A stretch of 64,000 nt of DNA from an uncultured bacterium. GTDB lineage: Bacteria > Patescibacteriota > Minisyncoccia > Phycocordibacterales > Phycocordibacteraceae. Each line of letters opens with the position of its first letter. The first letter of the stretch is position 1. The notes below the pieces were generated by a model. That model saw only the letters and a program-made list of their open reading frames with translations, ran no database searches and was not told where the DNA came from. Both the position numbers and the translations under genes were made by a program. The stretch spans positions 234,108-298,107 of the forward strand of contig CAMTYL010000003.1 in NCBI GenBank assembly GCA_947085985.1. Direction: 5' to 3'. Of the stretch, positions 54,483-63,490 are shown one piece after another.

Positions 54483-55625
54483 ATGCTCAGCCGACTACTT
54501 TCTCGCTTTTCTCCGCACCACCCTCTTATTGAGGTAGGCATTTCTAAAGAGGCCCTACTGCACAACCTTAGAAGTTATCAGACCGCATACCCAGAGTTTG
54601 GTCTTGCTCCTGTTCTCAAAAGCAACGCCTACGGCCACGACCTTGGGCTGGTTGCTCGCGTACTTGATACTGAGCCAATTTCTTTTTTTATGGTGGACTC
54701 ACTCTACGAGGCAAGGCGCCTGCGCGCGGCAGGAGTTCGAAAGACGGTGGTGGTCATGGGCTACACTCGCCCCGAGGATATGGCGGAAAGTAGGTACCGC
54801 GACGTGCACTTCGTGATTGTTGATATTGAGCAGCTGCGGCTTGTCGCCACCCAAGCCAAGCGTTCTCTCACACTTCACCTGAAGCTTGATACGGGTATGC
54901 ATCGCCAAGGGATCACTAAAGCAGACCTTCCTGAAGCCATCGCCCTCCTTTCTGGCAACCCGCACCTCTCTCTTGCGGGTGTGTGCTCGCACTTTGCTGA
55001 CGCTGATACTGAAGGGTCCGCACATGCACAAAGGCAGCTAACCACCTGGAAAGAGATGCTCTCGGTCCTTGAGTCAACCTTCACAAGCATTACGTACAAA
55101 CACTTTGCAGCCACCAAAGGTGTGCGCTTCGCAAAGGAAGCGGGCACGAACGTGATTCGTCTTGGTATTGGACTCTATGGGTTTGATACCGCACCAAACA
55201 AGGACACGCCCCTTATGCCGGTGATGGAGTTGCGCTCCATTGTGGGAGGATTGCGCACGGTCGCAGCGCTTGAATCCGTAGGGTATAACGCTACCTACAC
55301 TGCAGACCACGAAACCAGGGTGGCAACGGTCCCTGCGGGCTATTTTGAGGGCATAGACCGCAGACTCTCCAACAAGGGACAGGTATCCATACGGGGCGTC
55401 CTCTGCCCCATCATTGGGCGAGTCTCTATGAACATGGTGTGCGTAGACGTAACGCACGTTCCTGACATTGCAATCGGCGACGAGGTCATTCTGATTAGTC
55501 GTGCCGCCACTAACCCAAACTCGGTGCCGAGCATCCGTTCATTAGTGAGCTGTCCTGACTACCAGGAATCAGAGTATGTGATTATTTCGCACATTCCCCA
55601 GCACTTGCGCCGAGTACTTGAATAA
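54483..55625 (+). CDS. alr: alanine racemase
   Basis: PLP-lysine motif APVLKSNAYGHDLG. 380 aa. C-terminal beta-domain. Confidence 0.85.
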   Translation: MLSRLLSRFSPHHPLIEVGISKEALLHNLRSYQTAYPEFGLAPVLKSNAYGHDLGLVARVLDTEPISFFMVDSLYEARRLRAAGVRKTVVVMGYTRPEDMAESRYRDVHFVIVDIEQLRLVATQAKRSLTLHLKLDTGMHRQGITKADLPEAIALLSGNPHLSLAGVCSHFADADTEGSAHAQRQLTTWKEMLSVLESTFTSITYKHFAATKGVRFAKEAGTNVIRLGIGLYGFDTAPNKDTPLMPVMELRSIVGGLRTVAALESVGYNATYTADHETRVATVPAGYFEGIDRRLSNKGQVSIRGVLCPIIGRVSMNMVCVDVTHVPDIAIGDEVILISRAATNPNSVPSIRSLVSCPDYQESEYVIISHIPQHLRRVLE

Positions 55626-55676
55626 CTGTGCGGATACGTATATTATTCCCCTATTCCTGACCTCGGTCAGGAATAT

Positions 55677-55749
55677 GCGCCCTTAGCTCAGTTGGTAGAG
55701 CAACTCCCTCTTAAGGAGATGGTCCCTGGTTCGAATCCAGGAGGGCGCA
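55677..55749 (+). tRNA. tRNA-Lys (anticodon CTT)
   Basis: GCGCCCT-TA-GCTCAGTTGGTAGAGC-A-ACTCC-CTCTTAA-GGAGA-TGGTC-CCTGG-TTCGAAT-CCAGG-AGGGCGC-A. Confidence 0.8.
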
Positions 55750-55796
55750 CAAATAAAAACACCCGGACCTCCGGGTGTTTTTATTTGTGCGCCCTC
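55741..55796. terminator. 56-bp perfect palindrome made of the tRNA-Lys 3' end (GAGGGCGCACAAAT), a terminator hairpin (AAAAACACCCGG-acct-CCGGGTGTTTTT) and an inverted copy of the tRNA 3' end (ATTTGTGCGCCCTC)
   Basis: Read directly. Outer arms 14 bp, inner arms 12 bp, 4-nt loop. Confidence 0.75.
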
Positions 55797-56047
55797 AGGA
55801 AGACATCTGCATGTCTTCCGTCTGGATTCGAACGCCGGAGCATGTTTCTCTCAGCAGAGAGAAACAGCGAGGCGGTGCCCGACCTAAATTTCTTGAGCGC
55901 AGCGATTAGAAATTGAAAGTACTCCTGTGGTGCAGAGCAAGCCGAGTGACGACGAGGCGCAGACTCGCGGGCGAAAAGCGTAATCGCGGTCCAGGATGAT
56001 TTTATCTGTTTGTGCAGCTTATGATTTCTGGTACCATAGCAAAACAA

Positions 56048-56129
56048 GCCCGGGTGGTGAAATTGGTATACACGCCTGCCTTAGGAGCAGGTCCCTTCGG
56101 GGGTGGAGGTTCAAGTCCTCTCCCGGGCA
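56048..56129 (+). tRNA. tRNA-Leu (anticodon TAG), long variable arm
   Basis: GCCCGGG-TG-GTGAAATTGGTATACAC-GCCTGC-CTTAGGA-GCAGG-TCCCTTCGGGGGT-GGAGG-TTCAAGT-CCTCT-CCCGGGC-A. Confidence 0.8.
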
Positions 56130-56417
56130 CAACAACGAACAAGTCTGATGCGGAAGCATTGGACTTCTATCGTTTTGTAGACCCGGTAGAGGACTTGAAA
56201 GACGGAGGTGCGCGCCGAGAATCTCTTGAGCGAAGCGATTAGAGATTCCAAGTACTCCTGGGGTGAAGCCACGCGAAGCGTGTAGCCGAGTCGGGGTCGC
56301 GCTACTTAGCGAGTCTGCGAGCTTAGTGATGCGTGGCCAAAAGTGTAATCACGTGTCCTCCGGGCACAACAACGAACAAGTCTGATGCGGAAGCATTGGA
56401 CTTCTATCGTTTTGTAG
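56123..56417 (+). repeat. 58-nt direct repeat (CCGGGCAC + 50-nt trailer) at 56123-56180 and 56360-56417, bracketing a ~180-bp trailer unit homologous to the unit after tRNA-Lys (55890-55995)
   Basis: Exact 58/58 identity. Bracketed unit shares CTTGAGCG(A/C)AGCGATTAGA...AGTACTCCTG...AGCCGAGT...AAAAG(C/T)GTAATC(G/A)CG(G/T)GTCC with the Lys trailer. Confidence 0.8.
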
Positions 56418-56447
56418 CACTGGGAAAAGACTCCAGAGTAGTAAGGG

Positions 56448-57542
56448 TTAGTTACTTTCCGAAGAGTAGTCCGCCACCTGAATGAGCTCTCTGCCGTACT
56501 CCTCAACAAGTTCACGAATTTCTGCCACTTCTGTATCAGTCCCTATCAGATCTTCGGACACACTCGCCGTACCGAGCGTTACGCCGATGAGGTTGCCCGT
56601 AATGGCACCCGTGCTGTCACTGTCCCCGTCGTGATTTACCGCAAGACGCAGCGCATCTGCAACGGACAGTGTTCCGTTTGCACATTGCAGTGCGCAGTAC
56701 AATGAAATCGCGAGTGCTTCCTCCGCTATCCATCCCTGCCCAAGAGCCTGGAGACTCTCTGTGCTTGGCTGGTGTTGCGCACCTTCTAGTGCTCGCTCGT
56801 ATAGCTCCTGTACGTCCGGAGCGGGGAAATACTTAAGCGCGGTTTCAACCGCTTCTCCGAGACTTTCACCATGGAGCACAAGTGCAATGACGACTGCAAG
56901 CAGGCCACTTGCATGATGAGCTATGGGGTTGCCATGAGTAATGGCAGCGTCACTTGCTCCCTGCTCGTACACTTTTTGTAAGTCTGTGCGAGTTGTGCCC
57001 TTAACTACGTTCCCGAAGAAAAGTCCTATAGGAGCTGCGCGCATCACTGCTCCACAACTTTTACTATCATTTGCAGCTGGCTCTGGAGGCAGCGGCATAT
57101 TCTTAAGCGCACTTAGGCACGTCAAACCAGGTGCGCGTGGACCCTGAGCGTATATCACTTCATGCAAATGTTTGCTTCCCCATTCTCTGTTTATGTATCT
57201 AGGGTTTTCTTCGCGTTGTGTCGTAAGCCACTGCAAATAGCTTTCGGCAGTATACGTCCAGTAGGGCGCGAGGATTCCTTTATCCAAGCCACGCTTGTGC
57301 GCGTGGATTAGTCCGTCGGCTGCAAATAGTGCCATCTGCGTGTCATCCGTCACTGCGCCCTTCTTGCCGTAGCAAACGTCCGGGTACTGAATACCAGAGA
57401 CCTTTTGTTCTACTCCACCGTACTTTTCTAGAATCGCGTCGAGCTTCATGAACTCTACAGCAGAGCCAAGTGCGTCTCCTGTTGCCCCAAGCAACAAGCA
57501 GGCCTGCGCCTTGTCTATTCTTGTAGCTTTGTCTGTCGTCAT
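56448..57542 (-). CDS. ADP-ribosylglycohydrolase family protein (DraG/ARH-like)
   Basis: LLGATGDALGSAVEF (metal-binding GDALG motif). C-terminal D..D.TGAI (NHDGDSDSTGAITG). Confidence 0.75.
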   Translation of the reverse strand: MTTDKATRIDKAQACLLLGATGDALGSAVEFMKLDAILEKYGGVEQKVSGIQYPDVCYGKKGAVTDDTQMALFAADGLIHAHKRGLDKGILAPYWTYTAESYLQWLTTQREENPRYINREWGSKHLHEVIYAQGPRAPGLTCLSALKNMPLPPEPAANDSKSCGAVMRAAPIGLFFGNVVKGTTRTDLQKVYEQGASDAAITHGNPIAHHASGLLAVVIALVLHGESLGEAVETALKYFPAPDVQELYERALEGAQHQPSTESLQALGQGWIAEEALAISLYCALQCANGTLSVADALRLAVNHDGDSDSTGAITGNLIGVTLGTASVSEDLIGTDTEVAEIRELVEEYGRELIQVADYSSESN

Positions 57543-57743
57543 ACAGTGGGTGAGATTATGAATATGGTCCCAGTATACCGTTTAACACCTAGGAGTAATG
57601 CTCTTGCGCAACTTTGGATAGAGCAAAGCAAACTTGACTTTTGTCTATTTTGTGTGTTATACTGTGTGTTGAGTCTAGTTCCTCGAAAACTCAAGGTAAC
57701 TAGCATCCACAAACGGCCTGCGGGCCATACTTGGAGACGTACC

Positions 57744-58931
57744 ATGACCAAGGCCAACATCATCCACAAGCCGTGGAAGTACAAAATGCTGCTTGGCGCA
57801 TACGTCGCCTTGCTACTCGTATCTCTTCTGAGCCGCACGTTCACCGGAGGGCTTGAGTGGCTGACGAAGAACGGCTTCTACAACGCCGACTTCGTCTCCT
57901 TCATGCTCATCGCTGTATTTGCTTTCAGTTTGAGAAATGTCCGCGCTGGTTTCATCGGTGGAATCGCGGTATTCAACCAACCTTCGATGGAAATAGGCAG
58001 CGGGTTGTACCTGATTGTGCCAGGCTCTGAGCTTGGTGTGTTGCCTCTACACGAGCAGAATGACCAGTTTCCGGCCGATCCTGATCTCATCAGTAAGCGA
58101 CCGGACACCAGCCCATTGATGCCAGGTGAGGTTCGCCCCATCCGCATCATGACCGGTCCGCCCGAGGCCGCTGATGAGTACGAAGTTCTCGGCGAGCGCA
58201 CTGCTCCCGAGTTCACCTTCAGTGTTCGTTGGAGAGTCCACGAAAAAGGATTCTTCGAACTCGCCCTGAACCTTCCTGGAGGGACTGACTGGAAGAACAA
58301 GCTTTTTCATGTCCGCAAATACATGCGCGACACGGCCGAGGGCTTGCTCAACCTGGAAGTCACCAGTCGGTCGCCGGCGAAGGTCGTTGCTGAGCAACGA
58401 AAGATCGGCGTAGAGCTTAAAACTGCGCTCGAGACAGCCTTCAAGCGATACGCTCTGGAGATCGTGGAAGTACTGCTGCAGTCGCCAGACTTCGGCGACG
58501 GCATCAACCACGCTCTCGCACGAGTCATCGAAGCTCGTGGCGAGGCCAAGGAAACCAGAACGAAGGCGGATGGCAAAAGCTACGAAACAGCTAAGCTGTC
58601 CGAAGGCGCTGCTACTGCTGCTGTAAACGCAGCCGAGGCTGAGAAGGTTCGCTTGCGACTGGTCTCAGAAGGCCAGAAGGAAGCGGATCTGAACGCTGCA
58701 ATCGGGCGTGAAGCAGCCCTGGCTGCTGAAGGCACTGGTCGTAAGAAGGCCGCCGAAGCTCTCGACATGGAAGGCGCTCACTACATGGCGCTTGAACAAG
58801 CCCCAGAGATTCTCGGGGATAAGACCGTCATTGTGGGAGCTGAAGGCGTTGCTCAAGCTCTCGGAATCGGTTCTGCAGTCCAAGCGGCTACGAAACCACC
58901 CGCAAGCCAGAAAGGAGGCACGGCGAAATGA
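57744..58931 (+). CDS. SPFH/band-7 (stomatin/HflK-like) membrane protein; GC-richer than flanks
   Basis: N-terminal TM, central SPFH-like region, C-terminal Ala/Glu-rich coiled coil ARGEAKETRTKADGKSYETAKLSEGAATAAVNAAEAEKVRLRL. Longest ORF from 57546. Confidence 0.55.
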   Translation: MTKANIIHKPWKYKMLLGAYVALLLVSLLSRTFTGGLEWLTKNGFYNADFVSFMLIAVFAFSLRNVRAGFIGGIAVFNQPSMEIGSGLYLIVPGSELGVLPLHEQNDQFPADPDLISKRPDTSPLMPGEVRPIRIMTGPPEAADEYEVLGERTAPEFTFSVRWRVHEKGFFELALNLPGGTDWKNKLFHVRKYMRDTAEGLLNLEVTSRSPAKVVAEQRKIGVELKTALETAFKRYALEIVEVLLQSPDFGDGINHALARVIEARGEAKETRTKADGKSYETAKLSEGAATAAVNAAEAEKVRLRLVSEGQKEADLNAAIGREAALAAEGTGRKKAAEALDMEGAHYMALEQAPEILGDKTVIVGAEGVAQALGIGSAVQAATKPPASQKGGTAK

Positions 58932-59581
58932 GTTTGCTCATAAACATTCTTGTTCCGCTTGTCTGCGTCACCATCATCATCGCACTCATCATGCGCGCTG
59001 GTTGGTGGCAAAGGGCGACGAAACGGGAAGAGGAGGGCGCCAACCAAGCCCCTCCTCAAGCAACACCGACTCCAGCAGCTGCACCCGCAGCTGCTGGCCA
59101 CGGTGGCGGTCACGACAGTCACAGCGATCATGGCCCCCCGCCATGGTCTTCGCAAGTGATTGCTGTTCTGGTTGTGCTCTTCGTCCTCGGCGGCATCTCC
59201 GCCGGAGTTGTCTGGTTTGTTAACCGAGACGAACCAGCAAAGGAGACTCGCACCCGGCAGAAAGAATCGCGGGCTTCGGCGGACGCACAACGTGCTCCGT
59301 CTTCGGGCGAAGCAAGCAAGTGCTCAACAGAGCAGGGGGACGTCGAGGAAATCGTCGTCCCCACCGAAGGCCTCTACGGTCCCATCAGGGTCCCAAGGGG
59401 TCATACGGCCTGCTATGGTCCCGGCGACATCTACCAGAAGCTTCGTTTCAAGCGAGGGTACGGGGACACCCCGCCCAACACCTGGAACGAGGGCTACGGC
59501 AGCCGGCAGTGGGTGGCAATCATTCCGGGGGAATCCTCGGAGCCACTCACGGTTCGCGTTTGGACCGAGCCGCTTCGCTAG
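58928..59581 (+). CDS. membrane protein translationally coupled to the SPFH gene (NfeD-like partner?)
   Basis: ATGA overlap. Two TM helices flanking a Pro/Ala/His-rich loop. C-terminal beta-rich soluble domain. Confidence 0.4.
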   Translation: MSLLINILVPLVCVTIIIALIMRAGWWQRATKREEEGANQAPPQATPTPAAAPAAAGHGGGHDSHSDHGPPPWSSQVIAVLVVLFVLGGISAGVVWFVNRDEPAKETRTRQKESRASADAQRAPSSGEASKCSTEQGDVEEIVVPTEGLYGPIRVPRGHTACYGPGDIYQKLRFKRGYGDTPPNTWNEGYGSRQWVAIIPGESSEPLTVRVWTEPLR

Positions 59582-59616
59582 CACCCTGAGTTTACTTCCG
59601 GCACATCCCGTGCCAC

Positions 59617-59657
59617 GCCGCCCAACCCCTAACCGGGAAGGGCGGCTTTGTTTTACC
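59617..59657 (+). terminator. rho-independent terminator
   Basis: GCCGCCC...GGGCGGC stem followed by TTTGTTTT. Confidence 0.5.
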
Positions 59658-59895
59658 CACCGACGATGTTGCGCAGGAGCGCAATGATGGCGTTAGCACC
59701 GAAAATAATCACCAGGCCGATGATTCCCCACAGCATGTGCTGTTGACCCTTCTTGCGCTTCTCCTCGTCCTCAGAGCCTCCAATAAAGAGAACGACTCCC
59801 CAGACAAAAATGACAAAAGCAGCAAGAGAGAGAAGGGTGATGATTGGTATCAAAATGGCGCTCTCCACCTTCGCGAGAAATTGTTCGTAGTTCAT
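59653..59895 (-). CDS. T4SS-pilin-like (TrbC/VirB2-type) small two-helix membrane protein, paralog 1 of 5
   Basis: helix1 - GGSEDEEKRKKGQQHMLWG - helix2 architecture. Confidence 0.5.
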   Translation of the reverse strand: MNYEQFLAKVESAILIPIITLLSLAAFVIFVWGVVLFIGGSEDEEKRKKGQQHMLWGIIGLVIIFGANAIIALLRNIVGG

Positions 59896-59964
59896 TACTT
59901 ACTATCATAGCAAACGGCCACGCCTGAAGCGTGGCCGTCCACAGAAGAAACCGAAAGCTGGTCT

Positions 59965-60333
59965 TTAGCGAGGACCGCCTGTAGTAGGGGCTACTGGGTA
60001 GCTAGGCACGTTGTTCTGCAGGCCTACTGACCCGGTAAGAATACGTACGAGTCCCCATACTGATACCATCACGAAGAAGCCGATAAGGCCCCAGAGCATG
60101 AGTGCACGACCCTTCTCCTTTGCCTCCTCGTTAGTTCCGCCGAGGATGAACACCTGGAACACGCCCCAGATAAATACGATAAACGCGAGTGCAAATACTA
60201 CCGGTACCGCAACGTTGTTGATGAGACCGATAATAAACTCACCTGCACCCTGCACACTTGTGACGGTTCCCGTCTGCGCGAATGCGATGAGTGGGAAAAC
60301 GAGCACGGCACCAATAAGACCAAGTTTCTTCAT
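59965..60333 (-). CDS. T4SS-pilin-like protein, paralog 2 (with signal peptide)
   Basis: Signal peptide, then VPVVFALAFIVFIWGVFQVFILGGTNEEAKEKGRALMLWGLIGFFVMVSVWGL. Confidence 0.5.
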   Translation of the reverse strand: MKKLGLIGAVLVFPLIAFAQTGTVTSVQGAGEFIIGLINNVAVPVVFALAFIVFIWGVFQVFILGGTNEEAKEKGRALMLWGLIGFFVMVSVWGLVRILTGSVGLQNNVPSYPVAPTTGGPR

Positions 60334-60416
60334 AGAGGATAATTAGCTAGATACCCTTATAGGATAGTCTAGTGGTGGGTAACGTCAATAGAATAAGCAG
60401 CCTGGTGTGGAAAACA

Positions 60417-60845
60417 CTAGCGATTACACTTCGACGGGTCTTTGTCAAAACACGGCAAGTTTGGGCGCGTGTTGTTGTCGGTAGGAATAAGTGACTTAGC
60501 AAGATTCACCAGTCCCCAAATGGAGAGCATCACCACAAAGCCAATGAGTGCCCATAGTACAAACTTAGCTCCCTCCTTTCTCTTTTCCTCGTTATTAGCT
60601 CCAAGAATAAAAGCCTGGAACACGCCCCAGAGAAACACTATGAATGCGAGCGCAAACACGAATGGCACTACCACCGTATTAAGCACTCCAATAAATGAGT
60701 CACTCAAGTTCTGAATCGCACTCGTATTTAGCGCCCCGGGCTGTGGGGCCGGGGCTGGATTCTGTTGCGCTACGGCAACTGAGGCAGAGAGCAACAGCAG
60801 CGAGAGTAAGGCAACGTGTCCCAGTCGGAAAAAGAAAGTCTTCAT
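60417..60845 (-). CDS. T4SS-pilin-like protein, paralog 3 (with signal peptide)
   Basis: VVPFVFALAFIVFLWGVFQAFILGANNEEKRKEGAKFVLWALIGFVVMLSIWGL. Confidence 0.5.
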   Translation of the reverse strand: MKTFFFRLGHVALLSLLLLSASVAVAQQNPAPAPQPGALNTSAIQNLSDSFIGVLNTVVVPFVFALAFIVFLWGVFQAFILGANNEEKRKEGAKFVLWALIGFVVMLSIWGLVNLAKSLIPTDNNTRPNLPCFDKDPSKCNR

Positions 60846-60894
60846 ATATCTATAAGCGTACCAGACTACCCTACTCTACTTCGCGGTTATCCCA

Positions 60895-61134
60895 CTAGCT
60901 AGGGAGTATACCCAGAAACAGTCTGACGATGCTCCACACAGAGAACAGTACGACAAATCCAATAATTCCCCAGAGCATAAAGACGCGCCCCTTCTGCCGC
61001 TGCTCTTCGCCGCCCATAAAAAAGAACCGCACCATCCCAATGAGGAAGAAAATAAAGGCCAGCGCGTACAGAAGCGGTATAACCGCTCCATCTACCAGGC
61101 GCGCAATACTGTTTACGAGGTCTGCGAACGTCAT
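60895..61134 (-). CDS. T4SS-pilin-like protein, paralog 4
   Basis: IPLLYALAFIFFLIGMVRFFFMGGEEQRQKGRVFMLWGIIGFVVLFSVWSI. Confidence 0.5.
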   Translation of the reverse strand: MTFADLVNSIARLVDGAVIPLLYALAFIFFLIGMVRFFFMGGEEQRQKGRVFMLWGIIGFVVLFSVWSIVRLFLGILPS

Positions 61135-61135
61135 A

Positions 61136-61558
61136 CTAGCCGAGTGAATCTACTGTTGAGCGAATCACCATACCAATGGTTTGAGCACCCAAAAGCACCA
61201 GTCCTCCTATCACCGTCCACATAAGGGCGCTTCTGGCTGACCGAAGCTCTTCTTCATTTCCCTGGGCTTTTACAAACAGAAAGCCCACATACACAATGGC
61301 AAGGGTCAAAACAATGGTTCCGAGCGTTATTACTGCCTCAAGAATTTTTTCCAGGAATTCAGGGAGTGAATCAATCCCATCGAGCGGATTGGTGAGTCCT
61401 CCGCTGTAGCCACCAGGATTATCACCACCAGAGCCTCCCGCAGGATTGCCTCCTCCAGAGCCTCCTGCCGGCGTCTGCGCCAATGCGAAGGAGGCAAAGG
61501 AGCCATTGATTGCCACAAACGTCAGTGCGATGAATAAGAGTCTAAAGAAGCGATTCAT
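61136..61558 (-). CDS. T4SS-pilin-like protein, paralog 5 (signal peptide, Gly-rich insert)
   Basis: Signal peptide, GGSGGGNPAGGSGG repeats, then LGTIVLTLAIVYVGFLFVKAQGNEEELRSARSALMWTVIGGLVLL. Confidence 0.45.
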   Translation of the reverse strand: MNRFFRLLFIALTFVAINGSFASFALAQTPAGGSGGGNPAGGSGGDNPGGYSGGLTNPLDGIDSLPEFLEKILEAVITLGTIVLTLAIVYVGFLFVKAQGNEEELRSARSALMWTVIGGLVLLGAQTIGMVIRSTVDSLG

Positions 61559-61567
61559 AAAGAGTAA

Positions 61568-62872
61568 TTAGCGAAGCCCCGCACTAATAGCTTGGTCGAG
61601 GCTGGTGACTGCTGAAGTAGCATCCTGACGACCGCTGGTAACACTACTTACCATCGTAGCAAATAGCGCATCAGTTTCAGATGGTGATGGGGACAGCCAG
61701 CCGCGAGCCATGAGCGCCTGTGGGTAGTATATCGGCTCAAAGAGGTTTCCTTCCTGCGGGACTAGTAGCGCACGCTGCGCTGGGGCCATAGAGAGCTCGC
61801 GTGCTAGTACAGGCAGGGTGTTGCTCTTAGTGAGTGCCATAGCTACCCGGAATGCCCCATTCGGGTTCTGAGAGGCCTTAGGAATGGCAAAGGCATAGAG
61901 TCTCCCGTAGGTTATGCGACTGTCTGTCACTCCAGGCTGTGGGATAGCCGTCATGTCAAAATCCAAATTGGGATTCCCGCCAGAGATAAGGGGTTCTTCA
62001 GACGCAAACCCTGGGTACAGGCTCACATCCCCCGCAAGGAATGACTGGCGCGCAGACGGGAATGCACGGTTCCAGGTGTAGCTTGTCTTAGAAGGATTTG
62101 CGAACTGTAGATAGTATCCAACAGCGGAGACTGCTGGCTCTACTCCAAAACTCTGCCCTACTTGGCGTGAAAGCGTACCGCGTAACCCGTCGTTACTACG
62201 CTCCGAAATTGAATACCCTGCCTGCATAAGTAGCAAGGACATGATTGCGCGTGCGTTCTCAATATTCTCGTACGTACCGAGCGAGATTCCGCTTCGCGCG
62301 ATGCCGCCCACCTGATCCAGCCGGGTCAAGGCCTGCGAAAGTCCTGCTACCGCTTCCCAGGTTGTGGGAGGTGTTGCTGCGCCCACGGCGGTTAGGTGCG
62401 TGCGATTGTAGTAGAGAACAAGCGGGTCAAGCACAAAGGGAATCCCGTATGCCCCCTTTCCGTAGAGGAAAAGTTCCGCCTCGGGCAAATACGTGTCTCG
62501 GAATGTGCGCGCAGACGTGGCGGAATTCTCAAGTAATTGAATCTTGTCCTCAACTCCCGCCAATTGCTCTTGAGAAATAAGAATCATGTCCGGTCCTCGA
62601 CCGGCAGCGATAGCATCGGAGAGGTCGCGGTCAAAGGTATCAACCGGGTACTCATAGTAGGTAGTTGCCTCTAACTCTCCGTGAGCATTGCGCAGGTTCA
62701 TAATGGTGTCCTGCACACTTCGCTCGGGCAATGTTCCCCAAATGGTCACTCGGCCAACCGGGGTCACTCCGCTACTAAATCCTTTAAAGTTTGCAAAGAG
62801 AAACAGGCTGACAAGCGCAATCAACCCAAACGCGACCATGATGACGATTTGGAATGGTTTTAGTTCCTGCAT
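61568..62872 (-). CDS. membrane-anchored extracellular solute-binding protein (ABC transporter SBP family 1-like)
   Basis: N-terminal TM anchor. 434-aa periplasmic-binding-protein-like composition. No adjacent permease in window. Confidence 0.45.
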   Translation of the reverse strand: MQELKPFQIVIMVAFGLIALVSLFLFANFKGFSSGVTPVGRVTIWGTLPERSVQDTIMNLRNAHGELEATTYYEYPVDTFDRDLSDAIAAGRGPDMILISQEQLAGVEDKIQLLENSATSARTFRDTYLPEAELFLYGKGAYGIPFVLDPLVLYYNRTHLTAVGAATPPTTWEAVAGLSQALTRLDQVGGIARSGISLGTYENIENARAIMSLLLMQAGYSISERSNDGLRGTLSRQVGQSFGVEPAVSAVGYYLQFANPSKTSYTWNRAFPSARQSFLAGDVSLYPGFASEEPLISGGNPNLDFDMTAIPQPGVTDSRITYGRLYAFAIPKASQNPNGAFRVAMALTKSNTLPVLARELSMAPAQRALLVPQEGNLFEPIYYPQALMARGWLSPSPSETDALFATMVSSVTSGRQDATSAVTSLDQAISAGLR

Positions 62873-62898
62873 ATGTAGCTAATCATACCGCGCCGCGC

Positions 62899-63447
62899 CT
62901 ATGGAGCGGTGAACACTATGGAATAGTGATGGGGCCCTGCACGGAAGTCCTTCAATTTATGAAAGCCGCCAGTGATGAAGAGTTCAAGCGCGGTGTGTTC
63001 GGGTACCACGTGTCCCTTAGATGGCCCCATGCCATCGTAACTTCCCGCCCAATCAACGACCAACAGACGCCCACCGGGCTTTAAAATACGCTTAATCTCT
63101 GATATTGCAGTGGCGACATCTTCTAACTGAAACAGAATGTTAGAAAGTATGACAGCGTCCATGGATGCTTCCTTCAAGGTTGTGCCGCCATTTCGTTCAA
63201 TATTTCCCCAAATGGTTTCAACGTTCTTAAGGCCGGAGTCTCGCGCCGTGTTCGCCAAGTGCTTCAGAACTTCTTCCTGCACATCTATCGCGTACACGCG
63301 CCCGCTGTTTCCTACGATACGCCCAGCCGCAAGCGCGTGGTGGCCCACCCCTGCACCCAAATCAGCCACCTTCATGCCCTCACGAAGACCAAGCTGCAAG
63401 ACGTTTGAAAAAGGGTCGCTAAAGTTCATATATATATAAAGTAGCAC
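62899..63447 (-). CDS. class I SAM-dependent methyltransferase
   Basis: Motif I VADLGAGVGHHAL. Motif post-I VYAIDV. GGRLLVVDW. Confidence 0.75.
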   Translation of the reverse strand: MLLYIYMNFSDPFSNVLQLGLREGMKVADLGAGVGHHALAAGRIVGNSGRVYAIDVQEEVLKHLANTARDSGLKNVETIWGNIERNGGTTLKEASMDAVILSNILFQLEDVATAISEIKRILKPGGRLLVVDWAGSYDGMGPSKGHVVPEHTALELFITGGFHKLKDFRAGPHHYSIVFTAP

Positions 63448-63490
63448 AGGCCGCCCAAGGGGCGGCCTGTATCAACAGCAGCGCAAAAAA

